64,000 bases of DNA from Phoronis australis. Its lineage: Eukaryota > Animalia > Phoronida. Numbering within the stretch: the stretch's first letter is position 1; each line of letters starts with the position of its first letter. Positions 1 to 11,944 of this stretch are shown here, piece after piece. The notes under the pieces are model-generated. The model did not search any database and was not told where the DNA came from. It saw only the letters and a list, made by a program, of their open reading frames with translations. The stretch lies in the NCBI GenBank assembly GCA_002633005.1, contig NMRA01000301.1, positions 372,001 to 436,000 of the forward strand, read 5' to 3'. The position numbers were made by a program, and so were the translations under genes.

Positions 1-63
1 AGGGTTACCGCATGGAGCAGCCTTCTGGTTGTCCAACCAACGTGTTCCACCTCATGCTCAAAT
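1..63 (+). CDS. Abl: Abl tyrosine kinase, internal exon (5'-partial), kinase C-lobe
   Basis: Reading from position 3 gives GYRMEQPSGCPTNVFHLMLK, matching the ABL1 segment [20 protein letters not shown]. Consensus donor GTAAGT at 64, phase 1. Confidence 0.92.
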
Positions 64-2407
64 GTAAGTGTTCAGTGCGTCTTGGTAGGGTATATAGTAT
101 GGAATGGGCTTGTAGAATGCCCCCTTTATAGAGTATAGACTTGTTCTGTGCCCCCTTTTCAGGAATGGCAGCGCTCGATTTGGCGATCTGGGAAATATCT
201 CAAGTCGCCACAAAGTCACCGTCGTGAGTATCTAAGTCTGACAATAAACTCGTTTCAAAGTTTGTGTTGCAGACCTGTTTACCCTAACGGATTGACCGTA
301 ATTTTTACTGAATGTGTGCCTTTTTACGGTATTACTGAAGGCTTAGTTTTTTACAGCTCCTGACTTTTTGTTTACTACTGTTTACTTATGACGGCCTTCG
401 GCTTTAACCAAAGCTATTTGCGATACTCAGCTTGACTGACATCACGTGGGAAAATCTGGTTGGTTCCGTCAGTAAATGGACCAATCAAAGCGCAAGCTTC
501 TCGATGTAACCGGGATCGTAATTCATTGTTTACGTGGGTTGACATATTGTTTTGATCGATTTAGGAAAACCTGTTATGAATTAAGTGATGAGCAAAAGGA
601 GTTTGATGTAGTCAATGCCAGATGTAAAGAAAGCTAGAGTTGGACCGCATTGCCGCCACAAATACATGCAGATTTAAATACATGCAGATTTGGCGATGTT
701 TTGGGCCATCAAAAGGCCCTTCCCCATACAGTTAACTACAATCGACAATGATCGAAGCTTCAAATTCTATAACCAATACCCGCGAGAGTATACCGGAAAG
801 CTTTTCACCACTTGGTGATAAAGATATAAACTTAAAGAATGCGAGGAAAATTTTTGTCAGTATGTTAGTACTAATAAAATCTAATTCCCTGACACGTTTA
901 GATAGCCGCAAACAGTCTTACCAGTTATATTTTGCCTCTTTTTACCTTCCACTAACAACAAGGAATTGAATCGTCTACCATCTTGTGAGCTCAGTTTTTT
1001 ACTTAATAACGTCATGTAGTGACCCGAACACCAGTCAGTGAGCCCAGTGAATGCTTTAATCCATGAGTTCACCCGTCCGGTAGGTTAAAAATTGCAAATG
1101 GCAGTGACAAGCAAAAAGTAAAAAGATGATACTTTCAGCAAATAAGTTCTTTCGAAGAGCTCGATTTCCGTACAATTATACTCGCCGTATTATTTATTAA
1201 GATAAATGCGTTCACGCGATTGCAATTTCAACATATCCGGGTTAATGTTTGAGGTGCAATGTGAGTATGATGTGTATGGCTTTTGTTGCTACACTTTCAC
1301 TGCACGGACATCCAATCGTTTTACTATTTAAGGGTTACAGACTGTGAATCCCGAAGTTACATGTAAGTGTGAGTGTTCACATCAGCTTCGGAGTGTTATA
1401 GTTCAGCAAATTTATTTTCACCTTTTGCAAATATAGACAATGCGCTCTCATCTGGGTGTGTTATACGAAACTTTCAGTGATTTTTATTATTTTTTATGGA
1501 AAGAATCTACAAATTAAAACAGTGCTTATGTTGCAAAAAATAATAAATATAAGAACAAATAACAACTATTTACTAGTTACCGCCTGCTGTTGACAAACAT
1601 AGTGACACCTGCCGATAACTCTGATTGCATTGATGTTGATGCTCTCGTTATACCGAAGTGTCAATGCTTTGCTGTTAAATCCACCTCTTCAGAGTTAACT
1701 AACACTGTTAACTTTGGTGAAAGACCGAAGTCAAATGTTCCCACTGACATCAGAAAATATGTTAATCTAAAGGGCTTTTCCAGAACAACTAGTATTAGGG
1801 GTCATTTTGATTTACTGGGAAACACTACATTCCTGCTATACGGAATACATAGGGGTAAATAGAACAAAATAAAACGGTTATCTATGGTGTACAAGGGCCC
1901 CAGCATGTGGACTAGTTACAACTCCAACCCCAGAATGCTATTCTGTCGGCTTAATGTCGGTTTGTACCACTTTATAAATTCAAGCATCTTTTATTATCTT
2001 TACTGGCAGCCTATTCAAGGTTACACATTCAGCTTGATGCTGGTAATGTTGTACATGAGTTGTGCTGTCCAACATGAACGGGTCGTAAGGTATGTTTGTT
2101 TTCATTGCCAATGGGTAAGAAAACGGAGATTGTTTGGTTACCTAGCATGCTTGAGACAGTCATCTTGAATTATATTACTGACCAGAAAGCTTTTTTAAAC
2201 TTGGTTGCCAAAAGACTGCAGTGTTGCTAAAGGTGACGGGTCCAATGAGGTGTTTCAAGATTTTTGACTAGCCTGGTTTTTAAGGTAACCTAAAGATGGT
2301 TAGTAAGCAATAAAGGAAATTCAAACATGGAGAAAAATGTCATATAAGTTGACAGACTATTGAGCTTGGCTTTACTGTAATTTGGATCATGAAAACTGCT
2401 GTTTCAG

Positions 2408-2497
2408 GTTGGCAGTGGGAACCCAAAGACCGGCCGTCTTTTAGCGACATTTTGGAAGAACTGGAGAATATGTTCTCAGATTCCAGCGTCACTGAAG
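2408..2497 (+). CDS. Abl: Abl exon, end of kinase domain
   Basis: TTTCAG acceptor; 90 nt; phase 1-1. Encodes (C)WQWEPKDRPSFSDILEELENMFSDSSVTE, cf. ABL1 [30 protein letters not shown]. Donor GTAGTG at 2498. Joins in frame with 1-63. Confidence 0.93.
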
Positions 2498-4041
2498 GTA
2501 GTGTAACGTCACTGTACTGTGCCAGATATCATCATTAGTTACAAGATTTTAGATAAGAATAGAAATTACTGAGCAATTTTACGGGTGTTTTCTCCTCAGA
2601 TTTCTCCTAATCTTGTGTAAAGTTAATTAAACGTCTATCATTCTCATCAACTTCACATTTCTCAAACACAAAACAGTGCCTGTTGATCTTAGATAAGATT
2701 GTCGTCGCCATAAACAGTGCAACTCGCAACAACAGGGTTTGGAATTTTTCTCTTTTAAGAAGATTTCCCTGTTTTCATTTTGATTTCCTCTTATTTGGTG
2801 TCATGTTTCATCTTTTTTATTTCTTTTTATCGTTATTTGCATCTTATTCTTGCAAAAACGTTTATGTCAGTTACATTTTTCAACAAAAAAATGTCTTTGT
2901 GGAACAATACATCACCTGGAACTTTTTCCTCTTTTTGTCATTGGTCTTTCCAAGCCCTGCAACATAGAATTTTTTGTCTGGTACTGACACTCACAGCTAG
3001 TTTCATTGCTGGATCCTTACATATCATATGTTATTTTCTGTTTGGTTTCGAACCAAGGGATTTCATTTGTTGTATAGAAGCAAACGTTTCTGACATTTTT
3101 AAGTAGTACAATTGGTCTGTTGTTTTTGAGCATGCGTGGGAGTCATGTGGAGTGACTTCTCAATCACAGTATGACTGATCACCGACATTGAAAATACTAA
3201 AAGCTGTTCATAATCACTGATATCACCGATTTGACCACTTGACAGAGGATGATTTTAACTTGAGTTTGTAGTTGACACAAGATGGTAGCCGTAACATAGT
3301 AGCATTATTTGTGATTGAATGTCAGACAAACACATAGCAAGCAGCTGCTTCCAGATATTTGCTCTTGGGTGAATGTCAAAATACACAGTATTGAAAAATG
3401 CTTTTCTGGGTTGTGACAAAATGCTTGGTAATTGTCTGTCTGAGCAGTCTTGTTTGTTTTTACTCACAGTGCCAGTTTGCACATGGACAGTAGGGTACAT
3501 TGCAAGACAACGGTGACTGGTCATGAGAGACACCTGTTGGTTGTACATGCTAGCTATGCTGAGTGACTTTGTGTGATAAGTTTTCCACACAAAATTTACC
3601 AGTGTGTAATTGGGCCATCAGAAGTAAACCATGACCATTAGAAGTCAAATATAACCATCATAAAGAAGTCAAATATAACCATCAGAAGTCAAATTTGACC
3701 AGACACTGTTGGCTCCTGATAGTCTCTACTGTCTGTTTTTCTGGCCTATCACTTGCCATAAAACTTCTAATAAAAGCTGCGATTACAAAGGACGTTCTCT
3801 GATAGAAGCTGGGGAATTGGGCTTGTTGAAATTAATATGTGCTGATATTTGATAGCCACTGACAGTTTTGGCCATAACAATTTTTTGTCATGCCTTTGAC
3901 AAATGTAAATTCTGTGTGTGTGGTAAATGTCAGTTCTCATCTGAACCACATGTGAAATTAACAAATGCCTGGTTTTCTGTATGCTTATGGCATAAGGTTT
4001 TTCCTCACTATTTTAAATCTCAACTTGTCTCCCATGCTCAG

Positions 4042-4137
4042 AAGTTGCCAAAGAGCTCAAGCGCCGGAGTGACCCATGCGAAAATGGCGTGCCTGGGCTT
4101 CCAGCAAAAACCAGATCAACAACCAATCAGCAGAGAG
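4042..4137 (+). CDS. Abl: Abl exon, post-kinase linker with PxxP motif
   Basis: CTCAG acceptor; 96 nt; phase 1-1. Encodes EVAKELKRRSDPCENGVPGLPAKTRSTTNQQR, cf. ABL1 EVEKELGK...PELPTKTR. Donor AG|GTAATG. Confidence 0.88.
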
Positions 4138-4706
4138 GTAATGTCCAATTACCATTAATCCTTTGTTCTCTCACTAAGTGATGCTGTGGTATGCAGTGGC
4201 CTTTTTAGAACTAAATATTGTAGCTTTGTTGCAAGGAATAGGTATGAAGACTGAAGCATGTAAGTGACTTTAATTCAGGTACAAAATTGGTTTGGTGAAT
4301 TGGGTGTTATAACAATGCAAAGTTGTGTTGGCAACCATGTGTTTGGAAGATTGTGGTTGTGTGGAAGGAAGTTTATTGTCCTTACAAATATGTTTTTGAT
4401 CAAAAACAACCCCTACATGTTGGTATAATGCAACACCTGTAATCATATAAGTGGACCCTTGCCCTTTTCACTGTAATTACTGACCATCAAAACCTCTTTA
4501 AATCATTCGCCATTGTGATCTGCATGGTTAGAGTGCCAGTAAATCAACCTCTGTCACGAAAGACTAACTGATGATTTAGACCACTTACCATTATGAAATT
4601 GACCTTAAATTGAGCTCACTGTTTGGCCTCGAAGGAACGGTCAGATAATTTGTGATTGAGATTAGGCTTCACTAGTTGGCTTGTCACAGCGGCATGTCAT
4701 TTTCAG

Positions 4707-4817
4707 TGGCCAGCAAGGTCTCAATGAATAACAGTTTGAACAGTTTGCCGGCTTTTTGCAATCCCAGTGATCACTTCTCGTCGCAGTACGGTACAAGTCG
4801 AGATCAGTTTCATAATG
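4707..4817 (+). CDS. Abl: Probable Abl exon in the disordered C-terminal region
   Basis: TTTTCAG acceptor; 111 nt; open in phase 1-1 (VASKVSMNNSLNSLPAFCNPSDHFSSQYGTSRDQFHN); donor G|GTAAGA. No homology recognised. Confidence 0.6.
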
Positions 4818-5297
4818 GTAAGATGTCTAAATCATCTAAAGCTCACTTCTTGTATGGAATGCAGGTTTCTAGCTGCTTTAGCAGTGAAGGTTGAAGTGTG
4901 GTGGCATTGTGGGTACTTGTTAAAACAGTGAGTGTTGCTCTGCTCATAGCCACTTAAACTACTTAATCTGAGTGACTGCTATAAGAAGTAGCTGCCACGC
5001 ATTTCCATGAAACCAAATGAAGCGCTAGTTGTGATTGGTTGCCACAAGGAGTAATTAGATGAAACGCTAGATATGATTGGTTGCAACAAAAATTGTTAAG
5101 GTCATTAGCTCTTGGTGTGTACATGTAGTTTGTTGCTTTAAGGTTTTAACACGTAACAGACCACTTCCTGCAAACCACTTCATGTTACACTACATTCAAA
5201 GAGCATATTCACTTTGACAGGTTGTGCTTTCAAGAATTTTCGTTCTGAACATATTTAAAGTTTGCTGCGAGGGAAAATGAGCAATATCTGAAATAGC

Positions 5298-5378
5298 TTT
5301 GTGTTGTGTTAAGGGTAATTCTATTTGTGTTGTGTTAAGGGTAATTCTGTTTGTGTTTTGTGAAGGGTAATTCTATTT
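5298..5378. repeat. 26-bp tandem repeat, about 3 copies
   Basis: Unit TTTGTGTTGTGTTAAGGGTAATTCTA with substitutions. Confidence 0.8.
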
Positions 5379-6118
5379 CAGATTTTCAAAAAAATTCATG
5401 TCACTGTCTCCCATATTCTCTTCAAACTTGTTGAAGTCATTAGACACTACAAGGTTTACACAAATCAGTTTTTTGCAATTAGCCAACTAATTAGTGATTT
5501 ATGGCTTAAAGAAGTTTGTGCTAATTAGCGTGCCTGTCAGTCTTAACTATGTGACTGTTCTCTCTGGTTTGTGGCTGTATGATTAAAATTTGTCAACGTT
5601 TCGTGGAGATGTTGTCAATCGTTAAAGTAAGAGAACCCCATTTGGTACTGAGAAAACATTAATGGTGATCCTTATTTTGTCATAAACCTGTTTTTGATAG
5701 AAATAAGAATATAGTCAATGGACTTTGCCATATAGGTTTTTACAAGCAGCCAAGTGTCCAGAGTGAATGTGTGACTAAGGTTTAACAAACAAATCCTAAA
5801 TCATCTTCATGACACATTTTTGTGTTTTCATTGCTCTGTTCCTTTCGCTAGGTTTGATGATTTTGATCTTCATTTTTCACTCGTCCAAATGTGTAGTCCT
5901 TTGAATTCTACCATTGTACTAGGTAACTTTTCAAAGTTATTTTTAGTCCTTTTTATTGTTGCATGTATTTTGAAAAATGTTTTTTCACACATTGCTGGTT
6001 CATCACTGAGTTGTTAAAATATTTCACTTGCTTTCCCATCTTCATGCACACGATACCTTTCAAGCTCACTACATCTCCTCCCCCTCTAATTTCTCATCCC
6101 TTGTCTCACTGTTTGCAG

Positions 6119-6158
6119 GTCCCAAGAACGATGTGTTACAATAACCCATATATCCATG
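6119..6158 (+). other. Candidate stop-containing alternative exon of Abl (poison or alternative terminal exon)
   Basis: Branch-like CTCTAAT, long pyrimidine tract and TTTGCAG acceptor; G|GTAACG donor. Entered in phase 1 it reads GPKNDVLQ* (TAA 6142-6144). Confidence 0.35.
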
Positions 6159-6950
6159 GTAACGATCACTTCTAGTCGCAATGCGGTCATCATGTTTAAC
6201 CGAACTCTCTGCACAAAATACATCACTGCAGTTGTTTTCAAAATCAAGTTTGAATTTTCAAAATAGTGCATTGTCTTATACCTTCTCCTTAATGCAAAAG
6301 AAGACTCAATCATTTGTTGTATCAGCTTGATCATGGGAAATTTGATTGGCCAACAACATACTTTTACCTTCTAAATTCAGGGAGTTCGGTCACAGGTGGC
6401 TGCCATTTTGTCATGTAAATCCCAAATGTGCACTCAGAGCTTTTTCACGCAGGAAAAGCGTCACGAACGCTTGCCGCTGATTGGCCATTTATATTTAGTT
6501 TGCATGTTCTGCAACTATATTTATGACTTACTATTTTATTTTTCCATGTTTTCGTCAATACCATTTGTGCGCAAACGTTAGTCGTATAGCTGTCCAAGCA
6601 TGTGTTAGAGTTTCTGTTTGAATACGAAAATCTTTTAGACGCAAGGTGTGTAATATAACAGACTTGTGATGTTTTGTTCTACTGCAAGCATCTTGTGATT
6701 TACATTCTTGGCTGTCTTTTGTTGGCTTTTAACTGCTTCTATTTTGTAAGGGATGTGCGTGTTGGCTAAATTTAGAGAATACTAGCTATAGAAGTCGATA
6801 GAAGTTTGTAGACACGTGCACATGTTATTGACTGTGTTGTTGTGCTTCTGTCTCGTTTAGTAGAAGTTTGCCTTTTAGTTTGAACGTTTGAAACAATGGC
6901 TCTGGCCAAGCACTGAATCTTGTGAAAAGCATGTGCTCTTTGAAGTTTAA

Positions 6951-7278
6951 AGGGACATTGTTGGTTTCACAGCTGGAAGATGTTTTGTGGTTATTGTTAG
7001 ATGGGATAAACCTCGTGAAGTCAGCTTTGAGCGGAGTTGTAAAACAACAAAATCCGTGATACTTCGCGTTTTAGAAATGGCCAATTCTCAACATTGGCTG
7101 TCGGACATTCACTGAAATCAAGGTCGTTGACTTAACCAGTTGAATATGCTTAAAATACTTTAGGCATTTATCGAGTGAGATTTTTTCAACAAGAAAAGCA
7201 TTTAGCAGGGATTGCAAGCTAGATTCCATGCTGGTGCTGATATCAGAAAATCATTTTTGTCTTGCGTATAATGTCCCT
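6951..7278. mobile_element. Short TTAA-target non-autonomous element (Kolobok-like MITE)
   Basis: TTAA|AGGGACATT ... AATGTCCCT|TTAT; 9-bp terminal inverted repeat. Confidence 0.55.
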
Positions 7279-8245
7279 TTATTTGTCTAGGTCATCAGAC
7301 GAGAGTTTCTGATTTGAAAGAATAGTTGTATTTAACTGTGATGTCAATGCACATCAAAAGCAAGAGTACTGTGAATGAAACTTTCTTTTGCAGGTTGCAA
7401 AATCAAACTTATTGTGTAAACATCCTTAGATTTTTGGGAGGCACCTGTTTTGCTTATGTCAATTTTTTCTTAGTAGAGGTGCCCTGCCCAAAGGGTCCGA
7501 AGCATTATTTTGCTTAGTGGAGCCGTCGGCTCTTGGCCACTGTCAACAGCAAAAGTGTTGTTTTTGGAGTCATTACGTTGACCTTTGTAACAGAAGTTGG
7601 CCAGTAGTTTTCTATCCATACATTGTCTTGGTGATTGAGGTTGGTCATAAGTTGTCTCCCTCAACAATATCGTGGTTACGTAACAGGGAACTTTTGATTA
7701 TGGTGTTCTCCAGAGTAATGAGAACACAAATTTTAAAGTGACTTCCGATTGATCCCAACTCAGATTTGGTAGACAGAAATTCAACTACTACATAGTGGTT
7801 CAACTGCTAAATCCCTCCAGATTCCAGAAATCAGGTGAAAAGTAGGTGTCGATCAGCCAGATTTTTCACAAATCCAAAGAGTCTGAAGGGCACCTGAATT
7901 TCTTGCTAAATTTCATCGTCCCACTTGCAAGCAGTAAAGGTTTAAGAAAAGCCACGGCTGAGCTATAAGTGGGTGGCAATATTTTACTCTATAACAGATT
8001 CAAAAATGGAGGAAATGCTATTGGTAGCCTTCCAATGCAGCACACAACTTGAAATGCCCAGCCAGCTCGACAGGCACCAATTTTTAATGAAATTGGGGGA
8101 GGTAAACTGAACCATGGCTCAAAAAACGATTGAGTGCCACCTTATTAACAGAGGTAGGTCAGTAGCTGTCCCCTTGCATAATTTTGGTAATTGGGGTTAC
8201 CAGTTGTTGGCCCATTGCTCTTGCTTATTATCAGCTCACCAAGCG

Positions 8246-8339
8246 TTAGTTAGCTTCAGGCCCTCTGTCAAGCTGTTTAGCTTCAGGCCCCCTGTCTAGC
8301 TAGTTAGCTTCAGGCCCCCTGTCAAGCTAGTTAGTTAGC
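8246..8339. repeat. ~27-bp tandem repeat, about 3 copies
   Basis: TTAGCTTCAGGCCC(C/T)CTGTC recurs three times. Confidence 0.8.
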
Positions 8340-10231
8340 AAACACTGCTGTCCTGTTCTATTTGAAAATAGTTTCCCTGCGTGTTTTTGGAACGCAGCTG
8401 ACATTGCATCCAACTATAGTAAGTCATAAACATGGTTACAGTACATCACTGCCTCACCACTCTGCTTCTTTACATGTGCAGTTACCATCAGGTTGAATCT
8501 TGTTCTTGGTCCCTAGGTCGTTCCCTTTGCCACACTGTTTCACCCCTCCCATCTCTGTTTCCCCAACTCACTGTCTGCCTCCGCACCAAGGATTGTGGTG
8601 CACATGGAAGTCTTAACTATTTTATTTAATCGAGTTCTTTTTATTATGCTTACTGTAGTACCAGCAATATAAGGCCATGGCTTAATTGGCCAAATATTGA
8701 GCTTTTTGAGAACACTTGAAAATGCAAATGACCTAGAATACAGTACCATGACATTCAAGTACTTTTTTTCAGATATAAGGCCTGTGCCAGTCTCCTTTTT
8801 TGTCAGTCTTTCATGACCGAAATGTTAAGAAGTGTCTAAAGATATTAAAATATTGCTTGCCCTCTCTGTCTAGGTGCTGTACAACGCAACCTTAGTGCAA
8901 AGCTGTATACTAGATACAAGTTTGCACCGATTTAGGTAAAAAAATGATCAAATAAAATCGGGCACAAAATTAGGGTCGTTAAAAACTACACTCTTCCTTG
9001 AGTAAATTGAATCATTTACCGGTGTTGGAAAAATTGACGTTACAGGGTTATTCTGCTGGTGCGATCTTTTGCGTCGGCTTTCGGCAACATGAAGTACTGT
9101 GCCACGTTTTGGCCAGTTTTTTTCCTCTATTCTTCAACCAATTGTTCTCTTCCACGAGATTGCGAACATGTCACAACAAATTATCAGAACTGGTTTCATT
9201 TTGTGACAAGTTTTTAGTATTAAATAATACCAGCAAACCAAATTTCAGAAAAAAATTGTGCTGCTGTAAAGCTGTCATCATCTCCCGAGAGATGTCGCAA
9301 CAGTTTAGGAAAATGCGCGTGCACATGTCACGAGGGTATTGTTTTCAAAACGACGACAGACTTTCTTTGTTTCAAAATGTGGAGAATTATGCAAGAAAAT
9401 GATATTTAATAGACCGTTAATTTGTCACTTAAACGACTGTAACGGACAAGGTGAGTGTTGGTTGACTCCCAGATTTTGCATGCACGCCCACCGGTCATTA
9501 GCTCTAAATGTTGATATAAGTTTCACAACGAAGTGATGAGCAGAACTACCCGGGCTGTGTGAAATTTCAGGGTCTAACGGAGCTCAACACACAGTGGTAC
9601 CTTGCTGTATTTTGACGATAGTCTTCATACATTTAGCTAAGCTGCATAGTGCTGTTCAGGGTGTTCTCACATTGATTGCAAATAACCCATACCCAGCATT
9701 ACATTCAAGTAATGCCGTACTCTGCTACAAGACCATGCCCTCATATTCCTGGTAATACGATACTTTTTTACCCAGTAGTTATCAAGACTTCGTACAACTC
9801 CCCCTATTGCTTGAGAGCAGAATCATATGAAACAAGAACTCGAGGCAAGTTTAGTTGACTTCAAGCGTTTTCTGTTGACATTCTTGCAATATTATTCATT
9901 TGGGGATGTTGCAGTACCTGTGTTCACTGTATAGTGGTGAGGTGGAACAATGATTTGCATGGCTGATGTCAAATATAGTTGGATATATTTTCAGACAAAT
10001 TATTGTGCAGGGGTGCTTGATTTAACGCTGTTTCATTCATTTTTTGAAATTTATTCACAGTGTATCAGTATTGGTGAAAATTTTCACAGGAATGTTTGTA
10101 GAATGTTTGCCATGGCCACAGTATTACCGTTCTTGTCTGGGTAAGCGCTCGAACTCTTAAATTTCCAAATTTTCACTTTTCAACGCCATTGTTCAGCTTA
10201 TCACCCACCCCCAATTTCAATTCTTCCTTGC

Positions 10232-11052
10232 AAGTGCCCCTGGCTTCGTGAAACTGTCCTTGTCCTTGTGAAAATGCCCCTGACTGTGAAAGTGTTCCTG
10301 TCTGTTTGAAGGTGTCCATCTTTGAAAAACTGTCCTTGTCCTTATGAATGTGCCCCTGTCTTTGAAGGTGCTCTTGTCTTTGTGAAGGTGCCCCTTTTTG
10401 TGAAAGTGCCCCTGTCTTTAGGCCCTTTCATACTAATATCCATGCGTCAATGGTTTGGCCAGTTGTCGTCATTATGTACGGTTACCTTTGGTCCTGGATC
10501 AAAGTTAATGGCGTCAATGAACTTCGCAGTAAATAGATGGATTTAATAGTGGAGCGTCGATGCTGTGGTGCGGTATTAATGGTCAACTTCGGTCTCATCG
10601 AAGTTATCACCAGTGGCCACTGTTATCGTCAACAACTAAACGAGCAGTGTCGCTGCTAATAGTTGCTTATATTTTGCTTGAATAATCACCAATCGATTTA
10701 AAAAATGAGTTTTATGTCAATTGGCACATGTAAATGTTACCAAAGTGCCACATTGAAAAAATCTTAGCGTGCACGGGATGCATCAGTGATACCTTGCGAT
10801 TACTTCAAAGGAATGATCACCTACCATTTACTTCAATGATGTCAACTACAGAAGCTGGTATGAACGATTCAATTAGCTTCACAGTTTGCGTTGTCGTTCC
10901 ACTCATACCGGAGTTAAGTTAGTGTGAAATGGCCCATTTTGAAAATGCCCTTGTCTTTGTGAAAGTACCGCAGTCTTTATAAAAGTGCCCCTGTCTTTGT
11001 GAAAGTACCCCAGTCTTTATAAATGCGCCCTTATCTTTGTGAAAGCACCTCT
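10232..11052. repeat. Degenerate ~20-bp minisatellite (GTGCCCCTGTCTTTGTGAAA) split by a MITE
   Basis: Units at about 10232-10420 and 10938-11052, on both sides of the insertion. Confidence 0.75.
10421..10934. mobile_element. MITE with PIF/Harbinger-like termini
   Basis: GGCCCTTTCATACTAA ... TTAGTGTGAAATGGCC (14/16 inverted match); cleanly interrupts the minisatellite. TSD is imperfect. Confidence 0.7.
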
Positions 11053-11312
11053 GTTGCCACAAATGGTACACAATACCAATTCCCTTCATGATGGATCAAC
11101 AGCAAAAATGGCTGGTAATAATTATTGTGTTGACAAAATTACAATTACACAAGTGCTTGGCCACCTTACTAAATATTCTGTTCATTTCCCTTTAGTTCAT
11201 TCTTATCCGTAAAGGAAGGCTACTTTTGGCAGTCAATTTGCCTTCTACCCGTCTTATGACAGACAACTTGGGCTAATGTTTTTTTTTTTAATACTTTTGG
11301 CATTCACTGTAG

Positions 11313-11435
11313 ATCCTAAAAGGTTTGCACCTTTGAATGAAGAACGTTCACCGAGTTTCAGCGCCACCCTACCTTATTCGGTTGAACCTGTAGTCTTTTG
11401 TCCTACGTTTTATTTGAGTCTACTCCTGTATGCAA
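11313..11435 (+). CDS. Candidate Abl cassette exon; 3' boundary uncertain
   Basis: GCTAAT, a T-run and CTGTAG acceptor. Phase-1 frame is open (DPKRFAPLNEERSPSFSATLPYSV...). The best-looking phase-compatible donor is A|GTCAGT at 11436 (123 nt). Confidence 0.3.
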
Positions 11436-11944
11436 GTCAGTGAGATGAGTGTCTGCTTCCTTTGTTCAAGGTTGTGTGTTTGAGTACCATTGGGGCACAA
11501 TGCTATGCCCTTGAGTCAGGTCTCTAGCACCTCAGCTCGGTTTTAACTATGTATTAAAAAACATTAAAATGGTTCCAGGTGATCAGTGCAATGGGCCTGC
11601 GCACGTCCTATTAAATGCACCTGCTGGGATGAACCGGCAACTGCTGATTTTGGAGTTTCCTAAGCTGTTGTGGGTGTTGATTTGGAGAAGTGCACAATAT
11701 TTGAAACAATTTCTTTTTCATGCAGTTTTATTAGAGTTAGGTGTTTGTGATCATATTTGCGGCCATTGCTGTGAGGTACTTGTTGAGCTTTAAGTTAAAT
11801 TTTTTAATTTAAGAATTCTCTTCACGTTTTCAAGATTTTTGATGCATGATTTTATTTGTTTTGCTTCTTCATGCTGGCCAACAGTGTATTGAATTCATCT
11901 GGCTGCTTCTTCACAAGATCTTAGTCCTGTGTTTCTAATTTTAG

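Noticed and set aside
2590-2610. Acceptor TTTTCTCCTCAG giving a kinase-only Abl ending DFS*
   Set aside because: Plausible by chance in a T-rich intron; no supporting donor, poly(A) signal or homology.
11929-11944. ORF-track start of the 661-aa protein
   Set aside because: The GTG start lies in the intron's pyrimidine tract. The ORF is the last Abl exon, not a standalone gene.
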